The notes beneath the pieces were generated by a model. It saw nothing but the letters and a program-made list of their open reading frames with translations, did no database searches and was not told where the DNA came from. The position numbers and the translations under genes were made by a program. Below are positions 1-8,658 of a stretch of 33,323 nt of DNA, piece by piece. The stretch is from the IMG/VR virus record IMGVR_UViG_3300030433_001502, positions 1 to 33,323 of that record. One strand, given 5' to 3'. Source of the stretch: a virus (Duplodnaviria > Caudoviricetes). Numbering within the stretch: position 1 is the first letter of the stretch; each line of letters starts with the position of its first letter.

Positions 1-9
1 GCTCATCTA

Positions 10-840
10 TTATTTTACAAAAAGTCTATTCTTATATTCTGATTCTGGAACTCCAAGTTTTTGTAACATACCTTCAACATCATCAAAAACTGCCCTAGCT
101 CCAATTTTTTCATCATCACTTAATCCTAAAGCTCCTAAAAATCCACCTCCGTCTAAAAAGTCAGCTCCCATGTCACTTCCAGCCATTTGTTTGTATAAAT
201 CCATAACTAAATTTTGTAGCTTTATTCTTTCTACATTATCAGGTGCAAGTCCTAATCTATTAACGTTCATAACAGCGCTTGCTAAATTAGCACCAAAATC
301 GTTGTATTTTGATATTAAATCAGATTCATTAAAACCTAAGCCCATAACACCTCTTTGCTCTCCTAAGAAATCAATAACTGATGGGTTAGCTCTAAAATTA
401 GGAGCTATATATTCCTTTCTTAACTTTTCTTTCTCTCTTTCTATTTGCTCTTTTACTTTCTTTTCATCTAAGCCATATTCTAATTTTATTCTTTCAAGCA
501 ATGCGTCATTTCCTGCTTTTATAGAGGCGACATTTTCATCGCTTTTTATTTGCATTCTTGCAAGTTCATTTGCGAATCTTGCAGAATCTTTTTTACTCTG
601 TTGATTTAACTGCAGTTCTAAAACTTTTAATTGATTTTCAAAATTTTTAGCTTGATTAGCAGAATCTATTTTTGCTTGTTTTTCAAATCTTGCAGAATCT
701 AATTTTGCTTTTTTATTAAACATTTCTCTTTCAAACTGCTTATCTCTTCTGTCTTTTGACCTAGCCTCTGCATTTTGTGTGTTTATTCTATTCTGAGCAC
801 CAACTTCATTAATTATTTGTCTTACAATTTCATTTTGCAT
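10..840 (-). CDS. Putative internal virion (ejection) protein, coiled-coil rich
   Basis: 276 aa, helical and rich in Q/K/E. It lies downstream of the nozzle-like gene, where podoviruses usually encode ejection proteins (positional inference). Confidence 0.45.
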   Translation of the reverse strand: MQNEIVRQIINEVGAQNRINTQNAEARSKDRRDKQFEREMFNKKAKLDSARFEKQAKIDSANQAKNFENQLKVLELQLNQQSKKDSARFANELARMQIKSDENVASIKAGNDALLERIKLEYGLDEKKVKEQIEREKEKLRKEYIAPNFRANPSVIDFLGEQRGVMGLGFNESDLISKYNDFGANLASAVMNVNRLGLAPDNVERIKLQNLVMDLYKQMAGSDMGADFLDGGGFLGALGLSDDEKIGARAVFDDVEGMLQKLGVPESEYKNRLFVK

Positions 841-1394
841 TATGAATTCCTTATCTGTTCTTTTCTTGTTTCTAAAGACATTATTCTATCAGAAGCTTGA
901 GCATCTCTTTCTAAATTCCTAGTAATAGTGTCTTGATAATTTATATTACTTTTATTAATAGCATTTTGTATTGCCTCTTTGCCTCGCATGTACCTACTAG
1001 AATCTTGTGCTAAATTACTGCTCATATTAATACTGCCTAGTATACCGCCAACTTTTTTGTTTTCGTTTAAATTAACACTATTAAATCTATCTAAAGCTAA
1101 TTTTTTAGTAGTAGCATTATTTTCATTAATATTGGCAATATCTTTATCTAAAGCATTAAGTAGCCCTCTTTTTCTATCTGCAGTAGTGCCACTTTCCCAT
1201 AGCCCAAGCATTTCACCACCTTCTCCAATTAATCCTTTTCGTCCAATATGTGTGTCCCAAAAAGTAGCTAATCCCTTACCAAGCTTTCCACTTCTACGAA
1301 TACCTTTTCCCACAGGATTGCCAAGATATTGATTTGCTCCAATACCTGCTAAGGTATAATAAAGCGCTTTCATCCCTGCTGTAAGTCCTACCAT
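840..1394 (-). CDS. Putative internal virion (ejection) protein
   Basis: 184 aa with a Gly-rich hydrophobic N-terminus followed by a helical region. Coupled to its neighbours by TAATG overlaps. Confidence 0.4.
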   Translation of the reverse strand: MVGLTAGMKALYYTLAGIGANQYLGNPVGKGIRRSGKLGKGLATFWDTHIGRKGLIGEGGEMLGLWESGTTADRKRGLLNALDKDIANINENNATTKKLALDRFNSVNLNENKKVGGILGSINMSSNLAQDSSRYMRGKEAIQNAINKSNINYQDTITRNLERDAQASDRIMSLETRKEQIRNS

Positions 1395-1966
1395 TAATAA
1401 CCTCCCCCTTTATTAAAAGTTTTTTGCAAAAAGCTTCCTTGTTTATCAGAGCCTATACCTACTGCTAATAAAGCAGAAAGCAATTGAACATAAGGATTAG
1501 CTATAGCTGTACCAATATTGCCTTGAGATGCCATATTATAAGCTTCTACTGGCATATCTTCATTTACAACTAAAGTATTTCTACCTTGTTTTTGAGCTAC
1601 TTCTCCTAAATCTCTCATTATGGTAAATTCTTCGCTTGGTGAATACATATTTTTTACCATACTAAACAGTCCATCATCAGGAGCACCATAGCCTGTTCTA
1701 GTTTGAGTACCTGCTATATCTGTAAATATTTTATTAGGATTATCATACTCTTCTTTAGCCCATTCAGGAGTTTTTCTTTGTTGATAATGGTCTGCAACTG
1801 TATGTCCAAATTTTGCTAACTCAGTATTTTTAGCAAGATAGCCAAAGCCTTTTAAGCCTGTATATAAAGTCAGGGCTTTATTTAAAAAATCTTCTTGATT
1901 TTTCTTACCAATATCATAATCGCTTTGAGCTTTTATATAATTAGTTGTTGGTTTGTATGCGCTCAT
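1394..1966 (-). CDS. Putative internal virion (ejection) protein
   Basis: 190 aa with a hydrophobic segment near the C-terminus (PYVQLLSALLAVGIG). Located after the tail nozzle genes. Confidence 0.4.
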   Translation of the reverse strand: MSAYKPTTNYIKAQSDYDIGKKNQEDFLNKALTLYTGLKGFGYLAKNTELAKFGHTVADHYQQRKTPEWAKEEYDNPNKIFTDIAGTQTRTGYGAPDDGLFSMVKNMYSPSEEFTIMRDLGEVAQKQGRNTLVVNEDMPVEAYNMASQGNIGTAIANPYVQLLSALLAVGIGSDKQGSFLQKTFNKGGGY

Positions 1967-1967
1967 A

Positions 1968-2405
1968 TTATTTCCTCATAATAGGTCTAAATGTAAATGT
2001 TATATCTGATAATATAAACCCTTCAAAATTACTAGATTCTTGACCAGTTGAGTCAATTTCAAATCTTATAGATATTGAACGACCTTTTGCTTTACCAGGT
2101 ATTATTAATTCAGCCGTACTTAATTTATTATTTGTTCTTTTAAATTTTGTTTTATTACTTCTTTTTACTACAAATGAATTTTTTGGCTCAGGATTAAAAT
2201 CTTTCCACTGGCTTTCATCATCTATTTTATATAAAGCAGTTAGTGGGCTAGCTCCAGTTCCTGATAAAGAATAAGTGACATGTACTCTGCTATAAGTTTT
2301 TATTAAACTAGCATCTCCTCCATCGTACTGTTTAGTAACTATGTGACCACTTGTTATATTTTTTTTACTTTTAGATAAAGCTTTTAATTTTATTTCAGTT
2401 CCCAT
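1968..2405 (-). CDS. Tail protein resembling the C-terminal beta domain of podovirus nozzle/stabilisation proteins
   Basis: The pattern TKQYDGGD..IKTYSRVHVTY ... KGRSISIRFE ... FILSDITFTFRP resembles the usual ending of P22 gp10 / T7 gp12-like proteins (recognised by eye). Confidence 0.5.
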   Translation of the reverse strand: MGTEIKLKALSKSKKNITSGHIVTKQYDGGDASLIKTYSRVHVTYSLSGTGASPLTALYKIDDESQWKDFNPEPKNSFVVKRSNKTKFKRTNNKLSTAELIIPGKAKGRSISIRFEIDSTGQESSNFEGFILSDITFTFRPIMRK

Positions 2406-5400
2406 TAGTTAGTCTCGTTTCTAAAAGCTCTATTATTTGTAGCAGATATACCACCAGATGCGTAACTAGGTTGATTTGTAGAAGCAGTTCCTATTCCACT
2501 ACTTTGAGCATTATTAAACTCTTCAGCCCACAACAATCTTCCATCTTTAGTTTGTACAAAGCCAGTTTTTTTAGACACATCAAATAAACCACTTGCTGAA
2601 CTAAAAGCCTTATTATTAAAAGAATAAATTAAAGTTTCATTATTATTTTGTGTATCTCTAGCTATTAAAACTTGATTCCAGTAAGCATCATATCCACAAT
2701 GCAATCTTTCTCCATAAAAATTTTCCCATTCTTGTTTAGATATAGTACTGCCATCTGGCGCTTCTGTTAGTCTTTGAATACTTTCACCAGTAAATATATA
2801 AACACCACTTCTACTTACCCAAAACAAACCATAAGGAGTTTGAGTAACTTGATTTTCAGATTTAATGCCTACATGATGAACAACTTGCTCAATAACTTCT
2901 CTAGTTTGCCCGTTTTCTAAAACTTTTACACCCATAATAGTTAAACTATTTCTTTTATATTGACATAATTTATTACCTACTACTTGCAAAGAAACTATTT
3001 CATCTCCGTCATTAACAGTTGCTTCTAAAAAATTACTTATGCCAACAGTACCATACATTCCTGTAGCTGATTTTAATATACCATCTGGCTTATAAGTTAA
3101 AGCACCGTCTTTTCCTACTATTCTAAAATTTCCATAGTAAGCTTTTCTATTAAAAATACAAGCAGTTTTCCAACCAGTGCCTCCAGCATCAAAGCCAATA
3201 TTATCTCTATAATCTAAACCATATCTATTATAAAAAGACTCAATTGTATTTGGGCTAGTAAAAATCATATAATTGTTTCTTTTATAATGATTAGTTCCAC
3301 TAGTAGGAATAAGCCCAGTAGTAAAAGCACTAACATTGTTTAATGTTAAAGTAGATAAATTTTGCCAATCTCCAGTTAAATTACTTTTCCATCCTTTATT
3401 TAAATCTATTTCACAAGCTAAATATATGTTGCTAGGGTCTGTTTTTGTATATTTAGCCCATATTTCAATACCAGTTAGTCTTTCATTATAAGAATTTGTT
3501 CCATCTCCACCTATTAACTGCTCTCCTACTACAACCATTAACCCTAAAGCTCTATTATCTTCTTTTGGGCTAGTGCTTTGGTAATTTGTACTAGTGCTTG
3601 ATGCATCAACTTGAAATCTTTTAGGCTTACTAACATAGCCACCTTTATAAACATAACTAAAATATAATTCTACAGACTCATCTTTAGTAAAAGTACCTGC
3701 AGTATTTGATGCCACACCACTACCTTCAGCCGTATCATCTAAAAATTGAGGATAAACTTTTAATCCTGCAACTTCTACAGAAAATCTTCTATGATTCCAA
3801 GCTCTTACAGCTATTTTTGATTTATTTTCATCTGAAGAGCCACCACTTCTAAAAAACAATTTTTCATCACCAGCAGTATATCCAGGTTTGCCACTCCATA
3901 AAGTAACAGCATCAAATGCATCTAAGCCCATATGAGACCACTGAGGGGTGTAATTTACGTTAGGTGGAACACCACTATCCTTTACTAAATTTCCGCTGTT
4001 TATAAGGTATTCAAAGGGCGTAGGCGCTAAATCTGTTTGTGTAAAGTTATCATCTAGTATATCTGCATCTAAGTATGTTTTATTAAATGATAAAAAACCG
4101 TACCATTTAGGTTTATTATTTGACCTAAACGACATATCTGCTACACTTAAATACCCTTCTGAATCAAAAAAAGATATATCTGCGTCATTAGTAGTATCTG
4201 TTTTATCAATTCTTAAATCTATTGTCCAATCTTGCCATTGGTCAGTATCTAAAGAATAAATACTTGCTTGAGAATTAGAATTACCAATAGCAACTAACCT
4301 ACTATATCTATCACCTGATGAAATTATATTAGCAAAATCTACTTCATTAGCTCTAGCAACAGTAATAGTTTTTATTCCATATGGTTTAAGAGTTCTTTGG
4401 TCTTGATAAATTTCTACGCCATTATCAACTCGTTTCCAATATATTTGCTGGTCAGAACTAACTCCATCTACTTTGTCGTCTCCACCGCCAAATAATCCGT
4501 TTACAACATCGTCTACAGATTCTCCTTGTAAATTTCTATAAGATAAAGTTACAGTAGATGTAGTAGTTTGAGCAAAATTAGTATAATACTCAATTGATAC
4601 GCTATAATCTGCTTGTTTATCATAAGGTATATTTTCTATACCATAAAGCCATTTACTATAAGCTCCAAATTCATCGCCAGGATACGAGCTACCTTTATTT
4701 GTAACTAACCAACCTAAATTAGCTCTGTTAAAATTAGAACCTTGGTTTTCTGCTTCTAAATTTATATCGTTCCAAGCTGTAGTAACAGAATCAAAAGTAA
4801 AGCCATTATTATTTAAGTGCGGAGAAAGCCATCCTATATTACTAATAGTATCAAAATTTATTTTACCATAATATTCAAATTCAGCTTCCATCCTCCAAAC
4901 AGGATATTGAGCAATATCTGGGCCAAAATCTGTATTAACATCTTCTCTTAAAACAACAAACCTATTTGTACCACCTACTTCATTACTATAAGCAGTTGTT
5001 GTAGATAATCTGTTGCTATTAGCAGTTCCACTAGGATTGTAACTAACAGCATCTACTGAATTAGAATCAAGTTTTTTCCAATTCCAAGGAATAGAACTAT
5101 TTGTTCCTCCGTTAGTTTTTTGATTTGCTAAATCTTCTAATTGCTTTACTGTTAAACCTTGAGCTTCTAAATCAGTATATTCGTCTAATTTATTTCCACT
5201 TAAATCTAAATAGTTATTAGGATTTTCTGGAACTGACCAAGAAAAAATATTTTCTCCATCTCTATCTAAGTTATTAACCTCAATAGTTCTGAGCAAATAG
5301 TCTCCTTTCCAAAGAGAACTTATCCAAAAAATTAATCTTGCTTGTTTAGGTGCTTGTTGTTCTGTAATTGTAGGCACTACAACATTGCTAGTTTGCCCAC

Positions 5401-5641
5401 TTATTTCAAAGTTATAATCAGTAGACCAAGAATGAATGTTTTTTTGTGAGCCAGTAGGTAAAACTTTATCTAAAGAATTTGTTGATAAATTAGAGCTATC
5501 TTGAACAGTGACTAACTGACCTATTGTATCAGAAATAAAGTTTTTTGACTCTACTAACTGGTTGTCTTTTAGGTTCTTTTTATTAGAACCCCTATTAATA
5601 CCACCACTAAAATCTCTTATTGATTGTTGCTGTTTAGCCAC
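2405..5641 (-). CDS. Tail nozzle / virion stabilisation protein (tail tubular protein B-like)
   Basis: 1078 aa, beta-rich. Starts with the IRDFSGGIN motif typical of podovirus nozzle proteins. C-terminal beta-propeller-like segments (DGDEIVSL, TPYGLFWVSRSGVYIFTG). Confidence 0.65.
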   Translation of the reverse strand: MAKQQQSIRDFSGGINRGSNKKNLKDNQLVESKNFISDTIGQLVTVQDSSNLSTNSLDKVLPTGSQKNIHSWSTDYNFEISGQTSNVVVPTITEQQAPKQARLIFWISSLWKGDYLLRTIEVNNLDRDGENIFSWSVPENPNNYLDLSGNKLDEYTDLEAQGLTVKQLEDLANQKTNGGTNSSIPWNWKKLDSNSVDAVSYNPSGTANSNRLSTTTAYSNEVGGTNRFVVLREDVNTDFGPDIAQYPVWRMEAEFEYYGKINFDTISNIGWLSPHLNNNGFTFDSVTTAWNDINLEAENQGSNFNRANLGWLVTNKGSSYPGDEFGAYSKWLYGIENIPYDKQADYSVSIEYYTNFAQTTTSTVTLSYRNLQGESVDDVVNGLFGGGDDKVDGVSSDQQIYWKRVDNGVEIYQDQRTLKPYGIKTITVARANEVDFANIISSGDRYSRLVAIGNSNSQASIYSLDTDQWQDWTIDLRIDKTDTTNDADISFFDSEGYLSVADMSFRSNNKPKWYGFLSFNKTYLDADILDDNFTQTDLAPTPFEYLINSGNLVKDSGVPPNVNYTPQWSHMGLDAFDAVTLWSGKPGYTAGDEKLFFRSGGSSDENKSKIAVRAWNHRRFSVEVAGLKVYPQFLDDTAEGSGVASNTAGTFTKDESVELYFSYVYKGGYVSKPKRFQVDASSTSTNYQSTSPKEDNRALGLMVVVGEQLIGGDGTNSYNERLTGIEIWAKYTKTDPSNIYLACEIDLNKGWKSNLTGDWQNLSTLTLNNVSAFTTGLIPTSGTNHYKRNNYMIFTSPNTIESFYNRYGLDYRDNIGFDAGGTGWKTACIFNRKAYYGNFRIVGKDGALTYKPDGILKSATGMYGTVGISNFLEATVNDGDEIVSLQVVGNKLCQYKRNSLTIMGVKVLENGQTREVIEQVVHHVGIKSENQVTQTPYGLFWVSRSGVYIFTGESIQRLTEAPDGSTISKQEWENFYGERLHCGYDAYWNQVLIARDTQNNNETLIYSFNNKAFSSASGLFDVSKKTGFVQTKDGRLLWAEEFNNAQSSGIGTASTNQPSYASGGISATNNRAFRNETN

Positions 5642-6395
5642 GTATTACTTTTCCTGCGTAAGAAGTAATTCCATCTACAATATTTAGAACTACTAAATTA
5701 AAATTACCATCATCAAATATGTCAACTAATCCAACATTATGACTCCAATTTGTTGGTCTTCCTTTTAAATAATCTTTAGTCATATCAGTTAAGCATCCCA
5801 TTGAATATGCCATGTGGCTTCCTGAGATGTGCGTGATTGTTGATTTTTGGGAATCGTGAGTGTGCCCATAGATGATGTTGCATCCCAACTGTAAGGCGTG
5901 AGTTCTTGCATGGGCAATACCCATATAATGCCCTCCGTGATAAGCGTGTAACTTGCTTCCGAATACTTTAAAGACCTCACCGTATTTATGCCATTCATAT
6001 CCACGTTCATCGAATTTAAAAGCTCTTCTTGACCCAAAATGTTCAAGGTATGGATTTTCTTCGACAAAGTGGTCAAACCATTTTTCGTGGTTTCCTTGTG
6101 CAAATTGTTTCTTTTTGCATCCAACCTTATCAAGCGCCTTGTCAATTCTGTCAAGTCCTTTATTACCTTCTTTAATTTCTTTTTTAATAGCTGGTAACTG
6201 GTACTCAAGAGGCGGTCTTTTTTTCTTAGACCATTGCCAATGACTGACTGATTCTCCATCAATTGTATCTCCTAATAGCAAAAATGCTGTAGGTTTTACT
6301 GCCTTTATAACATTTAAAGCGCATTTAAAAGCCTTTTCATCATGATTTGGGAAATGTATGTCTGGAAAGACGACAACTCTGTCTTTGATTCTCAT
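5634..6395 (-). CDS. Calcineurin-like metallophosphoesterase
   Basis: All five motifs are present: DIH (PDIHFP), GD (LLGDTIDG), GNHE, HG (AYHGG) and GHTH. Confidence 0.9.
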   Translation of the reverse strand: MRIKDRVVVFPDIHFPNHDEKAFKCALNVIKAVKPTAFLLLGDTIDGESVSHWQWSKKKRPPLEYQLPAIKKEIKEGNKGLDRIDKALDKVGCKKKQFAQGNHEKWFDHFVEENPYLEHFGSRRAFKFDERGYEWHKYGEVFKVFGSKLHAYHGGHYMGIAHARTHALQLGCNIIYGHTHDSQKSTITHISGSHMAYSMGCLTDMTKDYLKGRPTNWSHNVGLVDIFDDGNFNLVVLNIVDGITSYAGKVIRG

Positions 6396-6414
6396 TTATT
6401 ATCCTTACCATGCC

Positions 6415-6813
6415 CTATTCCTTGATTTCAAAATGCACTAAGTCATCAAAAGAATTATCCTTAGTGGTTCTTCTATTCTGGCTAAGACTAGAATCACTCC
6501 AGTCTCCTCCCCAACGAATATCAATGCCCATCTTAGATGCTACGCCCAAAACAAAACCACCAAGATAATGAAAATCATCTCTTGCATTCCAATCAATTGG
6601 ATAAGGTGCAATATCAACAGCTTTGCCTTGAACATGCTTTCCAAATTTAGTCTTGCTTTTACCTTGAGCAACAAGCTCATTTTGTCTTTCTTGACTACGT
6701 AGCCCCTCAATTACTGTTATATCAAAGTATTTTACTACTTCATTTAACACATTTACTAAACGACTATCAACGCCTTTTAGCCTACTTTTAGAGCGTTTAC
6801 CAAAACTTGGCAT
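6415..6813 (-). CDS. Endolysin, M15 family Zn peptidase (L-Ala-D-Glu peptidase-like)
   Basis: Motifs EGLRSQERQ, KH..GKAVD, IRWGGDW and DLVHFE match the Peptidase_M15_4 (T5-type) endolysin pattern. Confidence 0.9.
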   Translation of the reverse strand: MPSFGKRSKSRLKGVDSRLVNVLNEVVKYFDITVIEGLRSQERQNELVAQGKSKTKFGKHVQGKAVDIAPYPIDWNARDDFHYLGGFVLGVASKMGIDIRWGGDWSDSSLSQNRRTTKDNSFDDLVHFEIKE

Positions 6814-6905
6814 TAGTACTTCTTCCTTCTTTTAACTTTTGACTTTTTTTTAGTCTTAGGAGCTTTACTTTTTTTAGCACCACCTGACTTTTTACCGTAA
6901 GCCAT
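6813..6905 (-). CDS. 30-aa highly basic Lys-rich peptide (MAYGKKSGGAKKSKAPKTKKKSKVKRRKKY)
   Basis: Translated by hand; absent from the ORF track. It exactly fills the gap between its neighbours, with TAATG overlaps on both sides. Confidence 0.7.
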   Translation of the reverse strand: MAYGKKSGGAKKSKAPKTKKKSKVKRRKKY

Positions 6906-7138
6906 TAAAACTTCCAGACTAATTTAACAGCACTATATAAAACGTCCATACATTCTTTTGCCAGCTCCTGCTGTTCTTTTTTATCAATTTTACCGTCTTT
7001 TTTTGCTTCGTGATATTTAGCAAAAACTTCTTTAGCTTCCTTCATTAATGGCTTGTACTTTATGGCAACTCTCGCACTAACTGCGCCCATAATAATAACC
7101 ATTAAATAAGCAAAGTTTGATAAACTTAACCATTCCAT
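6905..7138 (-). CDS. Small membrane protein, holin candidate
   Basis: N-terminal hydrophobic helix (FAYLMVIIMGAVSA), a charged middle with DGKIDKKE, and a position close to the endolysin. Confidence 0.5.
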   Translation of the reverse strand: MEWLSLSNFAYLMVIIMGAVSARVAIKYKPLMKEAKEVFAKYHEAKKDGKIDKKEQQELAKECMDVLYSAVKLVWKF

Positions 7139-7139
7139 G

Positions 7140-7283
7140 TTATTTATTCCTTATGTTGTTAATTTTTAAAAATAAGTAAATTATTGTCATTATAGCTACT
7201 ATGCATTGTAAAAAAAGACTTACTTCTGCAAGAGATAATGTATAATTAAAAATACTAGCTGACGCTACTTTTACGCTGTCCAT
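7140..7283 (-). CDS. 47-aa membrane protein, holin candidate
   Basis: Translated by hand: MDSVKVASASIFNYTLSLAEVSLFLQCIVAIMTIIYLFLKINNIRNK. Hydrophobic helix with a basic C-terminus; TAATG coupling. Confidence 0.6.
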   Translation of the reverse strand: MDSVKVASASIFNYTLSLAEVSLFLQCIVAIMTIIYLFLKINNIRNK

Positions 7284-7405
7284 TATTTTTTAATCTTTTT
7301 AACCTTCCCATTATGCGTTCTAGCAAATTTATGAGTTTTAGTTTCTCTTATTAATGTGCCGTAATAACGTTTATTACCCCACAGCCAACTTACTCTTTTA
7401 GCCAT
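7283..7405 (-). CDS. 40-aa basic beta-rich protein
   Basis: Translated by hand: MAKRVSWLWGNKRYYGTLIRETKTHKFARTHNGKVKKIKK. AGGAG SD upstream; stop overlaps the next ATG. Confidence 0.7.
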   Translation of the reverse strand: MAKRVSWLWGNKRYYGTLIRETKTHKFARTHNGKVKKIKK

Positions 7406-7414
7406 AATTAACTC

Positions 7415-7732
7415 CTAATGTTTTCCATTTACTCTAGACAAACTGCCTTTTATTTCCGAAACCTGATTATCAAGGTCATTAATTTCCTTCGTAATCGAAT
7501 CAAACTTTCTGTCCAGCTTGTCGTCACTCTGATTCCAGCGGTTAATAAGCTTAATAACCATACCTTCCATGTTCTCAAGTGTTTCACTTTGACCCCTATT
7601 TTCTGTTTTTAAATCTTGCAAAGCTTCTGCTTGTTCGTTTCCTCTCTTGTTCATGGAGTAAACCATAAAAACAAACATAGCTCCTACTACACCTATCATA
7701 CCAGCTTCTGAGTATACTGCCATAAAATCCAT
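7415..7732 (-). CDS. Single-TM plus coiled-coil protein (BhlA-like holin candidate)
   Basis: N-terminal TM segment (AGMIGVVGAMFVFMVYSM) followed by a heptad-rich C-terminus; in the lysis cluster. Confidence 0.55.
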   Translation of the reverse strand: MDFMAVYSEAGMIGVVGAMFVFMVYSMNKRGNEQAEALQDLKTENRGQSETLENMEGMVIKLINRWNQSDDKLDRKFDSITKEINDLDNQVSEIKGSLSRVNGKH

Positions 7733-7824
7733 TACTCCTCCTCTTCTTTACATTTTTCACAAAACCAGCCATCAGTTGCACTAATTGGCTTATCGCATTC
7801 AAAACAATGATTCGGTATAGGCAT
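7732..7824 (-). CDS. 30-aa Cys4 zinc-ribbon mini-protein
   Basis: Translated by hand: MPIPNHCFECDKPISATDGWFCEKCKEEEE, with CxxC..CxxC. TAATG overlaps on both sides. Confidence 0.6.
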   Translation of the reverse strand: MPIPNHCFECDKPISATDGWFCEKCKEEEE

Positions 7825-7892
7825 TATCGAACTCTCCGCAACTCTCGATTAATAAAATATGTATGATTAAAGTCATCTTCTGTTAATATCAC
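7824..7892 (-). CDS. 22-aa micro-ORF (MILTEDDFNHTYFINRELRRVR)
   Basis: The GTG start overlaps the upstream TGA (GTGA) and the stop overlaps the next ATG, filling the gap exactly. Confidence 0.4.
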   Translation of the reverse strand: MILTEDDFNHTYFINRELRRVR

Positions 7893-8227
7893 TTTCTTTT
7901 CTTTTTCTTTTTTCCCCAAGATAAAGGATTTAAATTTAATTCTGTTTCGTACCATTCTAACTGTTCTTGCATTTTTGTTATTTTTATTTCTTCCTGCTCT
8001 ATATGCTTTTCTACAAGGTCTTCAATGTTAGTATCAGCAAGTTCCATTCTTCGCTCAAGGTCTCCAATGCGATTTGTAATCTGTATGTATCCATAAACAA
8101 TACCAGAAACGGCCATACAAATTTGTAAAAGCCACTTGATATTAAGATGAATACTAAGATTATCGTCCACCAGTCCTGTTTTGTAACTTCGTGCTGTCTG
8201 TGGATTGTAATCTTTCTCATCGCTCAT
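7889..8227 (-). CDS. Single-TM plus coiled-coil protein with basic tail (lysis-associated candidate)
   Basis: TM segment (WLLQICMAVSGIVYGYI), a coiled coil and a C-terminal KKKKRK. Confidence 0.55.
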   Translation of the reverse strand: MSDEKDYNPQTARSYKTGLVDDNLSIHLNIKWLLQICMAVSGIVYGYIQITNRIGDLERRMELADTNIEDLVEKHIEQEEIKITKMQEQLEWYETELNLNPLSWGKKKKKRK

Positions 8228-8240
8228 ACTTTAAAACCAA

Positions 8241-8324
8241 TTAACCTAATGGCACTAATAAAGCACAAAATACAAGAAAAAATAATATAATTTTAATTAT
8301 ATCTATTAAATCTTTTTTACTCAT
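8241..8324 (-). CDS. 27-aa hydrophobic micro-protein
   Basis: Translated by hand: MSKKDLIDIIKIILFFLVFCALLVPLG. Start overlaps the end of the upstream ORF. Confidence 0.4.
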   Translation of the reverse strand: MSKKDLIDIIKIILFFLVFCALLVPLG

Positions 8325-8649
8325 TACCTAAAGCTTCATAATCAGCTTTTATAGCTTCCCATGATTCTTTTTCAGCAGTCATTGCATCTATTTGACCTTG
8401 CAAATCTGAAATTTTATAATCAACTTCGCTTGGCATATATTCAATTACATCATCAGCTAACTTACTTCCTGTTTTAGGATTGTAAGCTTTTGTGCTTATT
8501 TTTATTTTTGAATAACTTTCTTCAGCTTGAGCTTCTTGAACAACATTTCCTTTGCTGTCTTGAACTTCTTCAACTGCTTCTTTTGTTATTACTTTTTCTT
8601 TACTAAGAACACTTCTTTTAGCTTTCTTAGATTCTTTATAGTCTATCAT
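8317..8649 (-). CDS. Hypothetical protein, possible tail fibre assembly chaperone
   Basis: 110 aa with a C-terminal coiled coil, GGAG SD, directly downstream of the long fibre gene. Confidence 0.5.
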   Translation of the reverse strand: MIDYKESKKAKRSVLSKEKVITKEAVEEVQDSKGNVVQEAQAEESYSKIKISTKAYNPKTGSKLADDVIEYMPSEVDYKISDLQGQIDAMTAEKESWEAIKADYEALGNE

Positions 8650-8658
8650 TATTTACTC

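Noticed and set aside
5789-8220. Same-strand alternative-frame ORFs 5789-6262, 7596-7802 and 8011-8220
   Set aside because: Nested in or overlapping better-supported genes, with no motifs or SD. An embedded o-spanin was considered for 8011-8220, but it has no lipobox cysteine.
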